Source: Candidatus Undinarchaeales archaeon (lineage in GTDB: Archaea; SpSt-1190; JASMDC01). Taken from it: a stretch of DNA of 50,562 nucleotides. Below are positions 28,058-38,008 of the stretch, piece after piece. How positions within the stretch are numbered: position 1 is the first letter of the stretch; every line of letters starts with the position of its first letter. A program made the position numbers and the translations under genes. The DNA lies in NCBI GenBank assembly GCA_030753015.1, contig JASMDC010000025.1:1-50562 (forward strand), given 5' to 3'. Below the pieces are notes generated by a model, which saw only the letters and a program-made list of their open reading frames with translations, ran no database searches and was not told the DNA's origin.

Positions 28058-28516
28058 CCTATCCCTCCGCATTATCTTCCCGACACAGATGGCGCTGTCG
28101 GTACGGTTTGCGAATCCGCCGCGCTCATAGGTGACAAAGAGGTCCACACGATACACGTAACCGGAGTGCTGGCCAAGGTCCACACCCCCGAAGGACACCT
28201 CGCGATAGTCATCGATACCGATCGCCTTCCCTCCTCGCCACGCCACTTCCAGTTCGCCCCACTTCACGAGCATCTTCCGTATGATGATCGCCTCATTGGC
28301 GTAGTTCCTGATCGTGAGGGAGAAGGTCCCGTCCATCGCGATATGGTGGGTAATGTAGGAGAGGGTGTCGAACCCCATGCACGAAGGATTGATCTCCCGC
28401 TCGGGGAAGATGAGGCCCTCCCGGTAGAGGAAGATGAAGGCGATGATGAACACGAACAGGAGCCAGCCGTACGTATGGAGGTAGGCGAAGAAGGCCTGAC
28501 CTCGTGTGCCACCCAT
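28049..28516 (-). CDS. Archaeal type IV pilin-like protein (class III signal peptide)
   Basis: MGGTRG-QAFFAYLHTYGWLLFVFIIAFIFLY, the R/K-GQ...TYGW pattern. Confidence 0.75.
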   Translation of the reverse strand: MGGTRGQAFFAYLHTYGWLLFVFIIAFIFLYREGLIFPEREINPSCMGFDTLSYITHHIAMDGTFSLTIRNYANEAIIIRKMLVKWGELEVAWRGGKAIGIDDYREVSFGGVDLGQHSGYVYRVDLFVTYERGGFANRTDSAICVGKIMRRDRLT

Positions 28517-28565
28517 AACTATGTACTAGGCGTGCTCTTGATTTATCTCTTTCACTCCGGATGGC

Positions 28566-30239
28566 TCAGGCGTACACGTCGACCGGGACGGGGGCGCCAC
28601 CGCCTGCCGGCGGGGCCTGGTACTCGTCGTGGAGGTCGTCGATGGTGGTCAGCACGTTCTGGCCGATGGCCTCATAGGTGTTCTCCTGGAGGTTGGCCAG
28701 TGAGACACGGATCGTCCAGCGGGGGGCCGCGAAGCCCATCCCCGGCAGGAGCACGGTGAGGCTGTCGTGGGCCATCTTCTCGAGGAACTCCACCGGGTGG
28801 AGGTTCTTCTCCATGTACTCACGGAACTCGGTGCCGTACTTCTTCTCGGCCATGTCCGCCACGTCGATGAGCGTATAGTAGTTGGTGGTGGCCATGGGTG
28901 GGATGGACGAGCCGAGCCCCTTGTAGAGGGACTCGTGCCGTCCTTTGAGCACGTCCTGGATGTACTGGCGGTACTCCTGCTTATCGTCCACCAGGTCGTA
29001 GAGCCCGAAGAGGGTCATCATGGCCTGCTGGGGCGTTGAGAGCCCGCCGGTGTGGCTGAGCGACACAGAGCGCGAGTCCAGCTCGATGCGGTCGATGAAC
29101 TTGAGCTGCGAGGGATCGGTCGCCTTGATCTTGTATCGCTCCCAGAGGGCGTCCTTGTCCTCTTGCGGCAGGTTGGCGATCTTCTCGTCGATGATGTTGT
29201 CCTCGTGGAGCATCACCGTGCCCAAGCGCCAGCCGGTCGCGCCGAAGTACTTGGAGTAGGAGTAGATGCCGATCGTGTTGCGCGGCACCTCGGTGAGCAG
29301 GGTGTCGAACTCGTCGATGAAGTTCGCATAGACCGTATCGGTCATCACGATGAGGTCCTGGCGCTCGGTCTTGATGAGGTCGGCGATCTTCTCCAGCGAG
29401 TCGGGGGATATGTTCACCGACGTGGGATTGGTCGGGTTCACCAGGAACAGGGCCTTGACCTCCGGGTCCTTGAGCTTCTCGATCTGGGCGTCATCGATCT
29501 GCCACTCGCTCTCCTGCGTGCCCTCGAGGGGGACCACCTCGAAGCCGTTCTCGGCCAATCCTGGAAGCTCCAGGTAGGGCGAGTATGTGGGTGTGATCAG
29601 AGCGATCTTGTCGCCCTGGTGGAGGATGCGGTTGGTCTTGAGCGAGTTGAGGGTGTACACGATGCCCGCCGTGGCGCCCTCGGTGGCGAACACGTCGAAC
29701 TTGGCCGCGAGGTCCATGTCCTCGCCCATGAGCACGTGGCCTGAGTACTGCTGGGCCACCCGCTCGGCAGCGGGCAGCATCCGCGGCGGGGTGGGATAGA
29801 TGCCCCCGAGGGATGCGTCCACGAGCTCGGCTACGAACTCGTCCTTGGCGATGCCCAGCTCCTTGTCCACGTAATCGATGGCGCGGCGGAGGAAGGTGGC
29901 GGTGTCGCCGAACGTGCTCGAGACCTGCAGGCCGTCGAGGAACTCGTCGAACTTGCGGTAGATCTCCTCCTTGGGCGGCAGCAGCCCGTCCATATCCTGC
30001 GGTGTCTGCTCCCGGGCCAGGTCATTTGCGAACAGGCCGAGCAGGTTGTAGCCGTCACGGGCTGCTGTGTTGAGGAAGTTGGGATTGCCTCTGCTGGCGT
30101 CCAGCACATTGGCCTCTTTACCGGTAGAGCGCCGCTCCTCTGCCCCCTTCTCAGCTGCGTCCAGGAGGAGCTCCCGTACCTCGAAGGGGCTCAACCTGTC
30201 GTAGGGATTGTCATTGAGGTCAGAGAGCTGGCTCTCCAT
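28566..30239 (-). CDS. aspD: Aspartate 4-decarboxylase / aspartate aminotransferase (PLP-dependent)
   Basis: LSPFE, SRGNPN, FATEGATAG, VNPTNP, YSYSKYFGATGWRLG, DSRSVSLSHTGGLSTPQQ, RVSLANL. Confidence 0.9.
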   Translation of the reverse strand: MESQLSDLNDNPYDRLSPFEVRELLLDAAEKGAEERRSTGKEANVLDASRGNPNFLNTAARDGYNLLGLFANDLAREQTPQDMDGLLPPKEEIYRKFDEFLDGLQVSSTFGDTATFLRRAIDYVDKELGIAKDEFVAELVDASLGGIYPTPPRMLPAAERVAQQYSGHVLMGEDMDLAAKFDVFATEGATAGIVYTLNSLKTNRILHQGDKIALITPTYSPYLELPGLAENGFEVVPLEGTQESEWQIDDAQIEKLKDPEVKALFLVNPTNPTSVNISPDSLEKIADLIKTERQDLIVMTDTVYANFIDEFDTLLTEVPRNTIGIYSYSKYFGATGWRLGTVMLHEDNIIDEKIANLPQEDKDALWERYKIKATDPSQLKFIDRIELDSRSVSLSHTGGLSTPQQAMMTLFGLYDLVDDKQEYRQYIQDVLKGRHESLYKGLGSSIPPMATTNYYTLIDVADMAEKKYGTEFREYMEKNLHPVEFLEKMAHDSLTVLLPGMGFAAPRWTIRVSLANLQENTYEAIGQNVLTTIDDLHDEYQAPPAGGGAPVPVDVYA

Positions 30240-30316
30240 GGCCGATTCCAGCTGCCCCGGTGCCTTATAAGGATTGCTGTGGGCACGTCGTCACTTCCGA
30301 TGACGACGGGCGTGGA

Positions 30317-32758
30317 TCACCCTATCGTTACGTCCTCGACAGCGAGCTGACGCTCCTCACCCGCTTCCGTTGCGTAGGTCACCACACCGGAGACAACACC
30401 TGTACCGCCATCGGGTACCACGACGGTGAACACCGCAGACTGGGTATCCTCGGCAGACACCGAGCCAAGGGTGAGGGCGGTCATACCCTCGTACACGGTG
30501 AATCCATCGGGGAGATAGAGGGTGACCGCAGTGTTCCCGATCGGGAACGTGGAACCGTTCTCGACCTCCACGACAATGCGAACATAGGCACCCTCGCGCA
30601 GAACGGTCCGGGATACGACCACTCGTTCCTCACCGATGGTCTTGCGCTTGATGAGCTTGAGGTAGCCCACGGCGGCGCCCAGAGCGGTGAGGATGGCCGC
30701 GAGGAGGTGGCGGTTGGCCACGATAGCGTCCAAGGGGCTCGGCTCGATGAGCTCGCCCTCGATCTGCAACCCGAGCCGAGATCCCTCCTCCTGGTACGTA
30801 CCCATGAGCCGTACAACGGGGCTGTCCGACTTCTGGAAGGCCGCCTCCACGGTGTGCACGCCCGTCTTCGACGTATGGAGGACGGTGAGATCACCCTTCA
30901 TGACGTACCCCCGGCCGTAGAGCTGGTCCAAGTGGCCCTTCATGGTGGGATGCTCTTTGACGGCCAACAGGACCTCCCCGGACACCTGTCTACCTGTGGG
31001 CACGGGCGTGGTAGTCGACACGGAAGTGGACCTGGGTGTTCCATCTGAGGGCTCAGCAGTTATGCTGGGCGTCGGACAGGGGCAGTCCTCGCAGCACGCA
31101 CCGCCACCCTCGCTCTTCGCGCACTTCCCGTCACCGCAGAGGGGCGCGTACGCCTTCCCGCTCACGAACGCGTCGTGCCGACCATCGAGAGCGAGCTGGA
31201 GGAGGAGGTGGTCACGCAGGAACTTCGCCTGGAGCCGGTCCGTGCCTGCGAGGTCATTGCTCAGCCACAGGTAGCCACCGTTGTCAGCGTGCAGGTGCGT
31301 GAGGAATCCCATGGCCGATCCGATAGCGTCCGCGTACTCGCACTCACCCAGGGAGATACGATGCGAGAGCACGAGCATGACGAGTGCCTGGTCCCAGACC
31401 TTCTTCGATGCATCGAGAATGGTGCCGTCCGCCTTCCCGTTGGTGCGGAATCCGCCGTTCTCCTCGTCCCTGAGCTTGAGGATGAACTCGAGCGTCCTGA
31501 CAGCGGCCTCCTTGTACTCCTCGTCCCCGCTGGCGAGGTAGGTCTCGTACAGGGTGAAGTACGCGAAGACCTGGTCCTCAAGGCCCTTGACGGACCGTGA
31601 CGTGTCGGAGAAGACACCGCCGTTCTCATCATCGGACATCTCCTCGATCAGGGCATCGATCGTCCCGTAGACCTCCTTGCGGACGGAGAGGGGATCCGCC
31701 ACGGCCTTCGAGCGCGAGGTCCGAAGGACCACCTGGGTCCTAAGGAACCTGAGACCGGTCTCCATCGACTGGAAGTCAGCGACCAATCCCTGCACACGCG
31801 CCGGATCGCTCTCGACAAGGGCGAACCCGTTCATGAGCCGGTCGTACGGTGAGGCGACCTCGGGAGGAAGGAGCGTGCTCGCGCTCTCCAGTCCTGCCAG
31901 ATGGGCAAGGGCCCGGTCCTCCCAGGTGGCCTCCCCCTTGACCGCGTTGTCCGCTGAAAGGCTGGTGTGGAAGTCCTCGGTCTTGAACGTGTCGAGGAAA
32001 GCGACGAGATCGCTACGTATCTCGTCGTTGCCCCCGCCCCCCCATCCGAGGGCGGTGAGGAGCATCTCCTCGAGCAGACGTCGAGCCCAGTCGGCCCGGT
32101 CAACAACTGTATGGAAGTCCGGATCGAACGTAGTGAGGATTACCCCTCCCTTTCCGAAGCGCTTCAACAGCAGCACGGGCTGGCCCTGGTCGTTGAGGAT
32201 GGCCCCCTGTCCCTCGAAGGAGCCATGGGAGCCATAGAGGGTGTTCGCGATCTCGTCCGCGGCCAGGTTGCCGATGGGAGCGACAAGGGTGTGGTTGTGG
32301 GACGCGCGCGGTGAGTTGATGTATCTAACGTCAACGGGGAGGAACGAGTAGTCCCCGGTCCCCGGGAGGGTCTGGTGGTAGGTGAGCTCCACGTCCTCGC
32401 CGTCGATGCCGCGGAACTGCGAGGGGACGATTACGAAACCGCCATTGCACAGGAACGTCCGCATCGCCTCACGCTTCCCTTTCAGGGCCTCGATGACGGG
32501 GGTGTCGAGGTAGGAGCCAAGGACGAGCACACGGTCACTGGTGAGCGCCGTACTGAGGTCCTCGGGCTTGATGAGTTTGTGAGGGATGGCCAGCCGGGCG
32601 AACGCCATGGTCCCGTACTGGTACAGAGGGTCCGTGTTGTCCAGGAGGGACAGCCGGACATCCTCGGCGGTATACAGCTCCTCCACATCGGCTCCCATCG
32701 CACAGGGGACGATGAGGAGCGGCAGGAGCAGCAGCACGAACCGGGACCGTATATCCAT
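30317..32758 (-). CDS. Large secreted single-pass membrane protein with helical toroid-like domain, CGDGxC motif and C-terminal beta-sandwich
   Basis: Signal peptide; repeats LEDQVF..LYETYLASGDEEY, DEENGGF, DNGGY; CGDGKC..CCEDC; S/T linker; TM; beta-rich tail. Confidence 0.75.
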   Translation of the reverse strand: MDIRSRFVLLLLPLLIVPCAMGADVEELYTAEDVRLSLLDNTDPLYQYGTMAFARLAIPHKLIKPEDLSTALTSDRVLVLGSYLDTPVIEALKGKREAMRTFLCNGGFVIVPSQFRGIDGEDVELTYHQTLPGTGDYSFLPVDVRYINSPRASHNHTLVAPIGNLAADEIANTLYGSHGSFEGQGAILNDQGQPVLLLKRFGKGGVILTTFDPDFHTVVDRADWARRLLEEMLLTALGWGGGGNDEIRSDLVAFLDTFKTEDFHTSLSADNAVKGEATWEDRALAHLAGLESASTLLPPEVASPYDRLMNGFALVESDPARVQGLVADFQSMETGLRFLRTQVVLRTSRSKAVADPLSVRKEVYGTIDALIEEMSDDENGGVFSDTSRSVKGLEDQVFAYFTLYETYLASGDEEYKEAAVRTLEFILKLRDEENGGFRTNGKADGTILDASKKVWDQALVMLVLSHRISLGECEYADAIGSAMGFLTHLHADNGGYLWLSNDLAGTDRLQAKFLRDHLLLQLALDGRHDAFVSGKAYAPLCGDGKCAKSEGGGACCEDCPCPTPSITAEPSDGTPRSTSVSTTTPVPTGRQVSGEVLLAVKEHPTMKGHLDQLYGRGYVMKGDLTVLHTSKTGVHTVEAAFQKSDSPVVRLMGTYQEEGSRLGLQIEGELIEPSPLDAIVANRHLLAAILTALGAAVGYLKLIKRKTIGEERVVVSRTVLREGAYVRIVVEVENGSTFPIGNTAVTLYLPDGFTVYEGMTALTLGSVSAEDTQSAVFTVVVPDGGTGVVSGVVTYATEAGEERQLAVEDVTIG

Positions 32759-32810
32759 GTCACCCGGGTAGGAATGCAGTTTTATTAAACCTCACCCGAT
32801 AGCGGGCGCC

Positions 32811-33797
32811 TCATCGCTTGACACGGGTCAGGATGTTCGTCTTGTGGTGGGGGGTCTTATCTACAAGCCCCTTCTCCTCGAGCCGGCGCACGACCTTCGA
32901 CAACTTCGGCTTGGAGAATCCCACCATTTCACCCATCTCGTCCTGGCGCATCTCGCCCCCATTGTCCTTGATGGCGGCTAGCACCTGATTCTCGTCCTCG
33001 GTCACCACGGCGGTGATCAGCTCACCTGTCTCCTGATGGTGACGTATCCGGCTGCGCAGGTGATAGGTGCCCACTAGAGCCGCGCCCAGCATGAAACCGA
33101 TGAGCACCGAGGTCCCGCTGTCGCCCGGCGGGGGCGTGTCGGCCGCGAACCCACGTACGGCCGCAGGTCCAACCCCCGGGCCGCTGCCGTAGAAACGGTA
33201 GAGCGCGAAGAACGAGAGGCCCTCACCCACGGCCACGTCATCGCGGGTCCACACGACGTACACCCGACGCCCGTCGGTGAGGATGTTGTCCGGTTTGGGG
33301 GAGAGGGGGAGGGTCGACGAGCCCGAGACACCGGCGCCGGAGGGGAGCAGGAGGTAGAGCGTGAAGCGCTCGAGGTGGACCGACGGCTGGAGCGTGAATT
33401 TGAAGAGTACCTCCTCCTCGAGGTCCTGGATGATCGAGGGATCGGTGAAGGAGAGACGGAGCCTGGCAGAACCTCCGGGGGGGACGGGCTCGGCGAGGTC
33501 GATGTCGACACGCGCGCCGGTCTCCAGCTGCTCGGTCTGGAACCGCTCCGGCGCGAAACCGTCACCTTCCGCCCGCTCGACAGTCAGGCTCTCGGGGAGC
33601 TTGTCGAGCTCGTAGGAGAGCATCGCCAGTGGCTCCGCCTCGTCGTTGACGATGTCCAGCACGATGGTCTCGAGCGGTGACGCCTCGATGTCGAAGGTGA
33701 CGTTGTAGTCGGTGACCCGGACGCCGAGCCCGGGCACGGCTACGAGGAACGCCAGTGCCACCATCAGTACGATATGTCTGTATCTCACGTCTTGCAC
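32811..33797 (-). CDS. Membrane-anchored protein with extracellular domain and C-terminal winged HTH
   Basis: Signal peptide, beta-rich domain, TM, then EDENQVL...GEMRQDEM...FSKPKLSKVVRRLEEKGLV. Confidence 0.85.
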   Translation of the reverse strand: MQDVRYRHIVLMVALAFLVAVPGLGVRVTDYNVTFDIEASPLETIVLDIVNDEAEPLAMLSYELDKLPESLTVERAEGDGFAPERFQTEQLETGARVDIDLAEPVPPGGSARLRLSFTDPSIIQDLEEEVLFKFTLQPSVHLERFTLYLLLPSGAGVSGSSTLPLSPKPDNILTDGRRVYVVWTRDDVAVGEGLSFFALYRFYGSGPGVGPAAVRGFAADTPPPGDSGTSVLIGFMLGAALVGTYHLRSRIRHHQETGELITAVVTEDENQVLAAIKDNGGEMRQDEMGEMVGFSKPKLSKVVRRLEEKGLVDKTPHHKTNILTRVKR

Positions 33798-33810
33798 ACT
33801 ACCGTCGGTC

Positions 33811-34401
33811 CTAGGGCTCGGGCAGGTAGGCGCTGGGGTCCACGTTGGTGTTCAGCACCGCCTGGGCGGCGAGGTTCCGGCGCAGGTTCTTGTAGTCGAT
33901 CTCCGGAGTGGGCCCTACGGTCACGATCCCCGCCGGGGTGGTGTCGCCCGCATTCGTCACACTCTCTGTCTCGTACAGCGCTTCCTCTGTGGTTGGCGCC
34001 TCGCTCTCGAACACCGACGTGGCGTTCTCGGCCACGTCCTCCTTCTTCTCCGCACCATGGAGCGCCTCCTCGCGGTCCGTGATGTCCTTCTTGAGGTCCT
34101 TCTCCCGGGCGGGCAGGTACAGCTGGGCCACATTCTGGACGATCGCGTCCTCCGACAGCCCCTGCTCCTCCCAGGCCTCCTGCTGCGACATGGCCTGCTG
34201 CTGCCATTCCTGGTCCGTCGGGGTCCGGGCCCGCTCCTCTGGGGGTGGTGCCAGTGCGTTGTCAACGTACTGGCTCCCGATCGTCTTCCTGGGCAGGATC
34301 TCGCCCTGGTCGATGTCCGGGACGGGGAGGATGATGACCAGCAGCATGAGACCTACGACTATCACTGCGGCCAATGCCACTGGTCGTTCGTCCCCTGTCA
34401 T
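33811..34401 (-). CDS. Hypothetical protein with N-terminal membrane anchor
   Basis: VALAAVIVVGLMLLVIILP then acidic low-complexity sequence; start 34401 (or 34443). Confidence 0.65.
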   Translation of the reverse strand: MTGDERPVALAAVIVVGLMLLVIILPVPDIDQGEILPRKTIGSQYVDNALAPPPEERARTPTDQEWQQQAMSQQEAWEEQGLSEDAIVQNVAQLYLPAREKDLKKDITDREEALHGAEKKEDVAENATSVFESEAPTTEEALYETESVTNAGDTTPAGIVTVGPTPEIDYKNLRRNLAAQAVLNTNVDPSAYLPEP

Positions 34402-34454
34402 CGTTCGCACCTTATCCGAGCCTATCCTAGGTCCATGCGCCATACAATAAATAA

Positions 34455-36899
34455 CTACCTCATCAGCATGCCCGCGACCAGCTCTCCGGCTGCGAGTGTG
34501 TCCTCCTTCTCGGCGCCCGCGACCACGACGGCGTTACCGACGGCGTACACCGTACCGCGACCGCCCCGGTTTAGCCTGTACCAGCTCGCTTCGGACGGGA
34601 GGGATGCCACCTGGGCGTTGACCACGGGACCGCCCACGAGGATGTAGGTCTTGCCGTCGTCGAGGGAGGCCACCTGGTCGTCGTACGCGACCCGCGCGGA
34701 CCCGCCCGCGGCTTCTAAGGCAGCCTTCAGCCTGTTGGCGACCTGCTCGTCAGCACCGTTGGCACGGCGGCCGTACACGATGATGACCTCGCGGTCCCTG
34801 ACGCGTGAACTGATACGGTCGTTGGTGAGCCACATATCCTCCACTTGAGAGAGTGTCTGGCCGACTGCCCTGCGCCGGTTCTGGAGCAGCTGCGAGCGGT
34901 CCAGGTTGCGGATGGCGTAGGTAGCCGTGGTCGCGGAGTTCTGGACCAGCTGTGAGCCCATGTCCTTCTTCTCCGCTCGCTGGCGCATATCGCCGACGGC
35001 GGCCGCTTGGAGGGCAACCTCGCTGTTCCATGCCATCCCGAGTTTCTGGAGGATCACATGCTGTTCCTCCACTTCCTTGAGCACACCTTCGGAGGTGGTG
35101 TAATTACCGGCCATCATGTTCTCCTCGGCGTCGTACGTGAGGTCGGCGGTCTTGTCCAGTTCCGCTTGGCCCACCACCCAGAGGTTCTCGCGGATGATGC
35201 CATGGTCCTCGGTGGCTGATACCACGATGGATGGAAGGATCAAGACCTGTGTGGATCCGTCGGCGGCGACGTAGGTGAGCCGGGACTCACCAACGACCTC
35301 GACAGACTCGCCGGCAGCGATGGCGGGCACCGTCACCTCGACCTCGAAGCTCTTGGTATGCCCGTCCCTGAGGGCGTGAAGGGGGATCGTGAAGGCGCTG
35401 TCGCCGACATCGGCCTCGGTCCCGTACACCCCGACAAGCTTCACGCGTCCACCGACTGTCGCGGTGAGCACGGCGTCGGTGGCCACGGACGAGGCGACCC
35501 CGCTGAACTCGCTCTCGAACTCGGTGAGGAACGATGCATCCTGACTGTAGTAGTAGTTGCCCCCGCTGGCCTCGGCGATGCGCCTGAGGATCCGGGCGTT
35601 CACGCCGGTACCGAAACCGATGGTGGACACGACGACCCCTAGGGCCTCGGCACGTCCGCCCAGGGCGGCGATGGAGTTCTCATTGGTGATGCCCGACGTG
35701 GGCATCCCGTCCGTGAGCACGAAAACTACCTTGAGCGCGTCGCGCGAGGATGCAGCGAGATCGTCCAGGGCGAGCGAGAGGCCGTCGTAGAGGTTCGTCC
35801 CCCCACCGGAGTTGATGGAACCGACGAGACCGCGCAGCTGGTGCCTGCGTCCGCTGAGGCGGTAGGCTTCTGCAGCGAATGTGACGATAGACACCGAGTC
35901 GATGTCCCCGAGGTTGTCGAGGGCGTAGTACGCGGCCTGCTTCGCGTCCTCGATCTTCTGGCCGTCCATACTCCCTGAAGTATCGATGACGAGAACTATG
36001 TCCATGGGCAGCCTGGCGATCTCCTGGGCCGTCGCCTGGGCGGTCACCTCGTAGAGGAGGTACACGGAAGAGTCCTCGCCTGCGGGGACGTACGCGGTGC
36101 TGGGATCGATGCGCATGAGGACGTCCTCGCGTCCCGAGCCGGCGGGGATGAGCTCGTAGCGGATGATAAGGTCGTCCCATGGACGGACGTCCTTGGCCGT
36201 GAGAGAGAGGGAGCCTTCGCCGACGGTCGCGCCGGGGGGTGCCTCGATGACGTGAACCCGCTCGTCCTCGCTCCCGGGGAGCACGTTGGCGAAGAAACCG
36301 ACCTCGCCCACTGGTCCGTGCCAGAACCTGGCGGCGGACAATGGGAACGAAGCGGAGTAGGTCTCCAGGGCAGGCCCGAGCTCGGGCGACAGCTCCCGGG
36401 AGTAGGATATCGTGAACCGCTTGGATCCATGTGCCTCTAATGATATGTCCCAGAGATAGAGTGTCGCGCCCTCGTGGTCGATGAGGTTTGCGCAGGAGAT
36501 CAGGTTGGAAGATGTGATGGTCGCCGACCGGCACCGGCCCGCCTGGATTAGTCGCTTGACGACGTCCCTTACGAACTCCGAGGACTCCGTGCCCGGAACG
36601 ATTTCCACGTTCCCGATCTCTAGTGCGCTCCCGTCGGAGAACTCCTCTGCAATGTAGATCCATTCGGCCGAGGTCCCCAGGGGGAGGAAGAGGCGTACCG
36701 TGACCGGCGTTCCCTCCAGATTGACCAACTCGAAGGCGATCTTTCCGTCCTCGGTCCCGCCCTGCAACGTAAGGAGGATATGTCCGTAGGTCATAGTCAC
36801 CGCGCTCGTAGTCTCTGCAGGGAGTAGGCCCGGCAGGCCCGCCACGCACCCCATGATAATGAGGATGGCGAGCAGTCCCGTGTTCAAAGCATGTCGCAT
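34455..36899 (-). CDS. Secreted vWA-domain protein with S-layer-like C-terminus
   Basis: Signal peptide; MIDAS DTSGS...GGGTN...LTDG; C-terminal YILVGGPVVN. Confidence 0.85.
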   Translation of the reverse strand: MRHALNTGLLAILIIMGCVAGLPGLLPAETTSAVTMTYGHILLTLQGGTEDGKIAFELVNLEGTPVTVRLFLPLGTSAEWIYIAEEFSDGSALEIGNVEIVPGTESSEFVRDVVKRLIQAGRCRSATITSSNLISCANLIDHEGATLYLWDISLEAHGSKRFTISYSRELSPELGPALETYSASFPLSAARFWHGPVGEVGFFANVLPGSEDERVHVIEAPPGATVGEGSLSLTAKDVRPWDDLIIRYELIPAGSGREDVLMRIDPSTAYVPAGEDSSVYLLYEVTAQATAQEIARLPMDIVLVIDTSGSMDGQKIEDAKQAAYYALDNLGDIDSVSIVTFAAEAYRLSGRRHQLRGLVGSINSGGGTNLYDGLSLALDDLAASSRDALKVVFVLTDGMPTSGITNENSIAALGGRAEALGVVVSTIGFGTGVNARILRRIAEASGGNYYYSQDASFLTEFESEFSGVASSVATDAVLTATVGGRVKLVGVYGTEADVGDSAFTIPLHALRDGHTKSFEVEVTVPAIAAGESVEVVGESRLTYVAADGSTQVLILPSIVVSATEDHGIIRENLWVVGQAELDKTADLTYDAEENMMAGNYTTSEGVLKEVEEQHVILQKLGMAWNSEVALQAAAVGDMRQRAEKKDMGSQLVQNSATTATYAIRNLDRSQLLQNRRRAVGQTLSQVEDMWLTNDRISSRVRDREVIIVYGRRANGADEQVANRLKAALEAAGGSARVAYDDQVASLDDGKTYILVGGPVVNAQVASLPSEASWYRLNRGGRGTVYAVGNAVVVAGAEKEDTLAAGELVAGMLMR

Positions 36900-37217
36900 G
36901 TCGCTTCACCTACCACATCGGAGGCGTTCCTAGTTCAAGAATAATCCGGGGAAACCGTTGGCTCGACCGCCGAGTTCAGTGCTCTGGCCTCTTGGAACGG
37001 TTCATATGGGGCGGTAACCATTTCCTAAGGGTAGATTAGGTCAATACTCCCATAAGAACTGGATCGGGACTATGAGGGGCGATATTATCGTGATAGAACG
37101 GCAATTCTTCGCCGGTCACGTCGTGATAAGTCATGAGAGTACCGAAAAAGAGCGGACGCGCGACCTAGGACGTCAGGTTAATATACTTTGACCGCGGGGT
37201 CGTGCCTGGTTGTTAAG

Positions 37218-37475
37218 ATGAGCGAGAAGCAGCGCATCGGGACCGTGTTCACCTACTTCGCCAAGGTGGGTGTCGCCGGCATCGTGCTCGAGGAGGGCAC
37301 CCTGAAGGTGGGCGATACCATCTCTATCGAGGGACACACCACGAACATTCAACAGACCGTCGACTCCATTCAGATCGACCGGCAGGAAGTGGGAGAGGCC
37401 GGACCCGGCTCGAAGATCGGCATCAAGACCAAGGACCGCGTCCGACACCAGGACGTCGTGTACCGCGTAGAGTAG
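37218..37475 (+). CDS. Small EF-Tu domain II / U32 C-terminal-like beta-barrel protein
   Basis: IGTVFTYFAKVGVAGI...LKVGDTISIEGHTT..QQTVDSIQID...IGIK..DRVR..DVVY. Confidence 0.85.
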   Translation: MSEKQRIGTVFTYFAKVGVAGIVLEEGTLKVGDTISIEGHTTNIQQTVDSIQIDRQEVGEAGPGSKIGIKTKDRVRHQDVVYRVE

Positions 37476-37630
37476 CTCCATTGAGGGCACCTGTCCCCGG
37501 TCCACCAGTCAACACCACGTCCCGGTGATCTGAAGAACATCACCATGGCCCTCTCCAGAGGGTCCGAGCGGTCCACGTTCACGCCCGCCCCCCTAATGCT
37601 TATGAAGGATGGCGTTCCCTTAACAACCCG

Positions 37631-37990
37631 ATGCCCAAGGATGAGCCGTGGGAGGTGAAGCTGTTCGCTTTCTTCCTGTTCATGGGGATCATCATCCTCC
37701 CGGTCGTCTTCATGGCCGAGATGCTCTTCCCAGGTATGACCGAGGAATGGGCAGGGTTCACGGTACAATGGGGCATCGTCATCATGGGGTTCGGCCCCCT
37801 TCTCTTCGTCGGCATCATCGCCTACGCTTACATCAAGCACAAGCGGATCGTCTCTCGCCTAGAGACCGTTGACCGCATCAAGGAAGTCCATCTCGATGAC
37901 TGGGAGAAGGAGATGGAAGAGGAGATAGAGGAGTCCTTCGAGAGCCCCTACGAGTCCGAGTCCTACTACTCCAACCGCTTCCCGTTCTGA
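37631..37990 (+). CDS. Hypothetical membrane protein (two TM segments, acidic tail)
   Basis: Two hydrophobic segments; G/C-rich third positions. Confidence 0.7.
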   Translation: MPKDEPWEVKLFAFFLFMGIIILPVVFMAEMLFPGMTEEWAGFTVQWGIVIMGFGPLLFVGIIAYAYIKHKRIVSRLETVDRIKEVHLDDWEKEMEEEIEESFESPYESESYYSNRFPF

Positions 37991-38008
37991 GCGGGACCGT
38001 CCATCCCC

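Noticed and set aside
37072-37191. 39-codon plus-strand ORF (MRGDII...)
   Set aside because: Codon usage unlike real genes here and it overlaps the probable promoter of the next gene.
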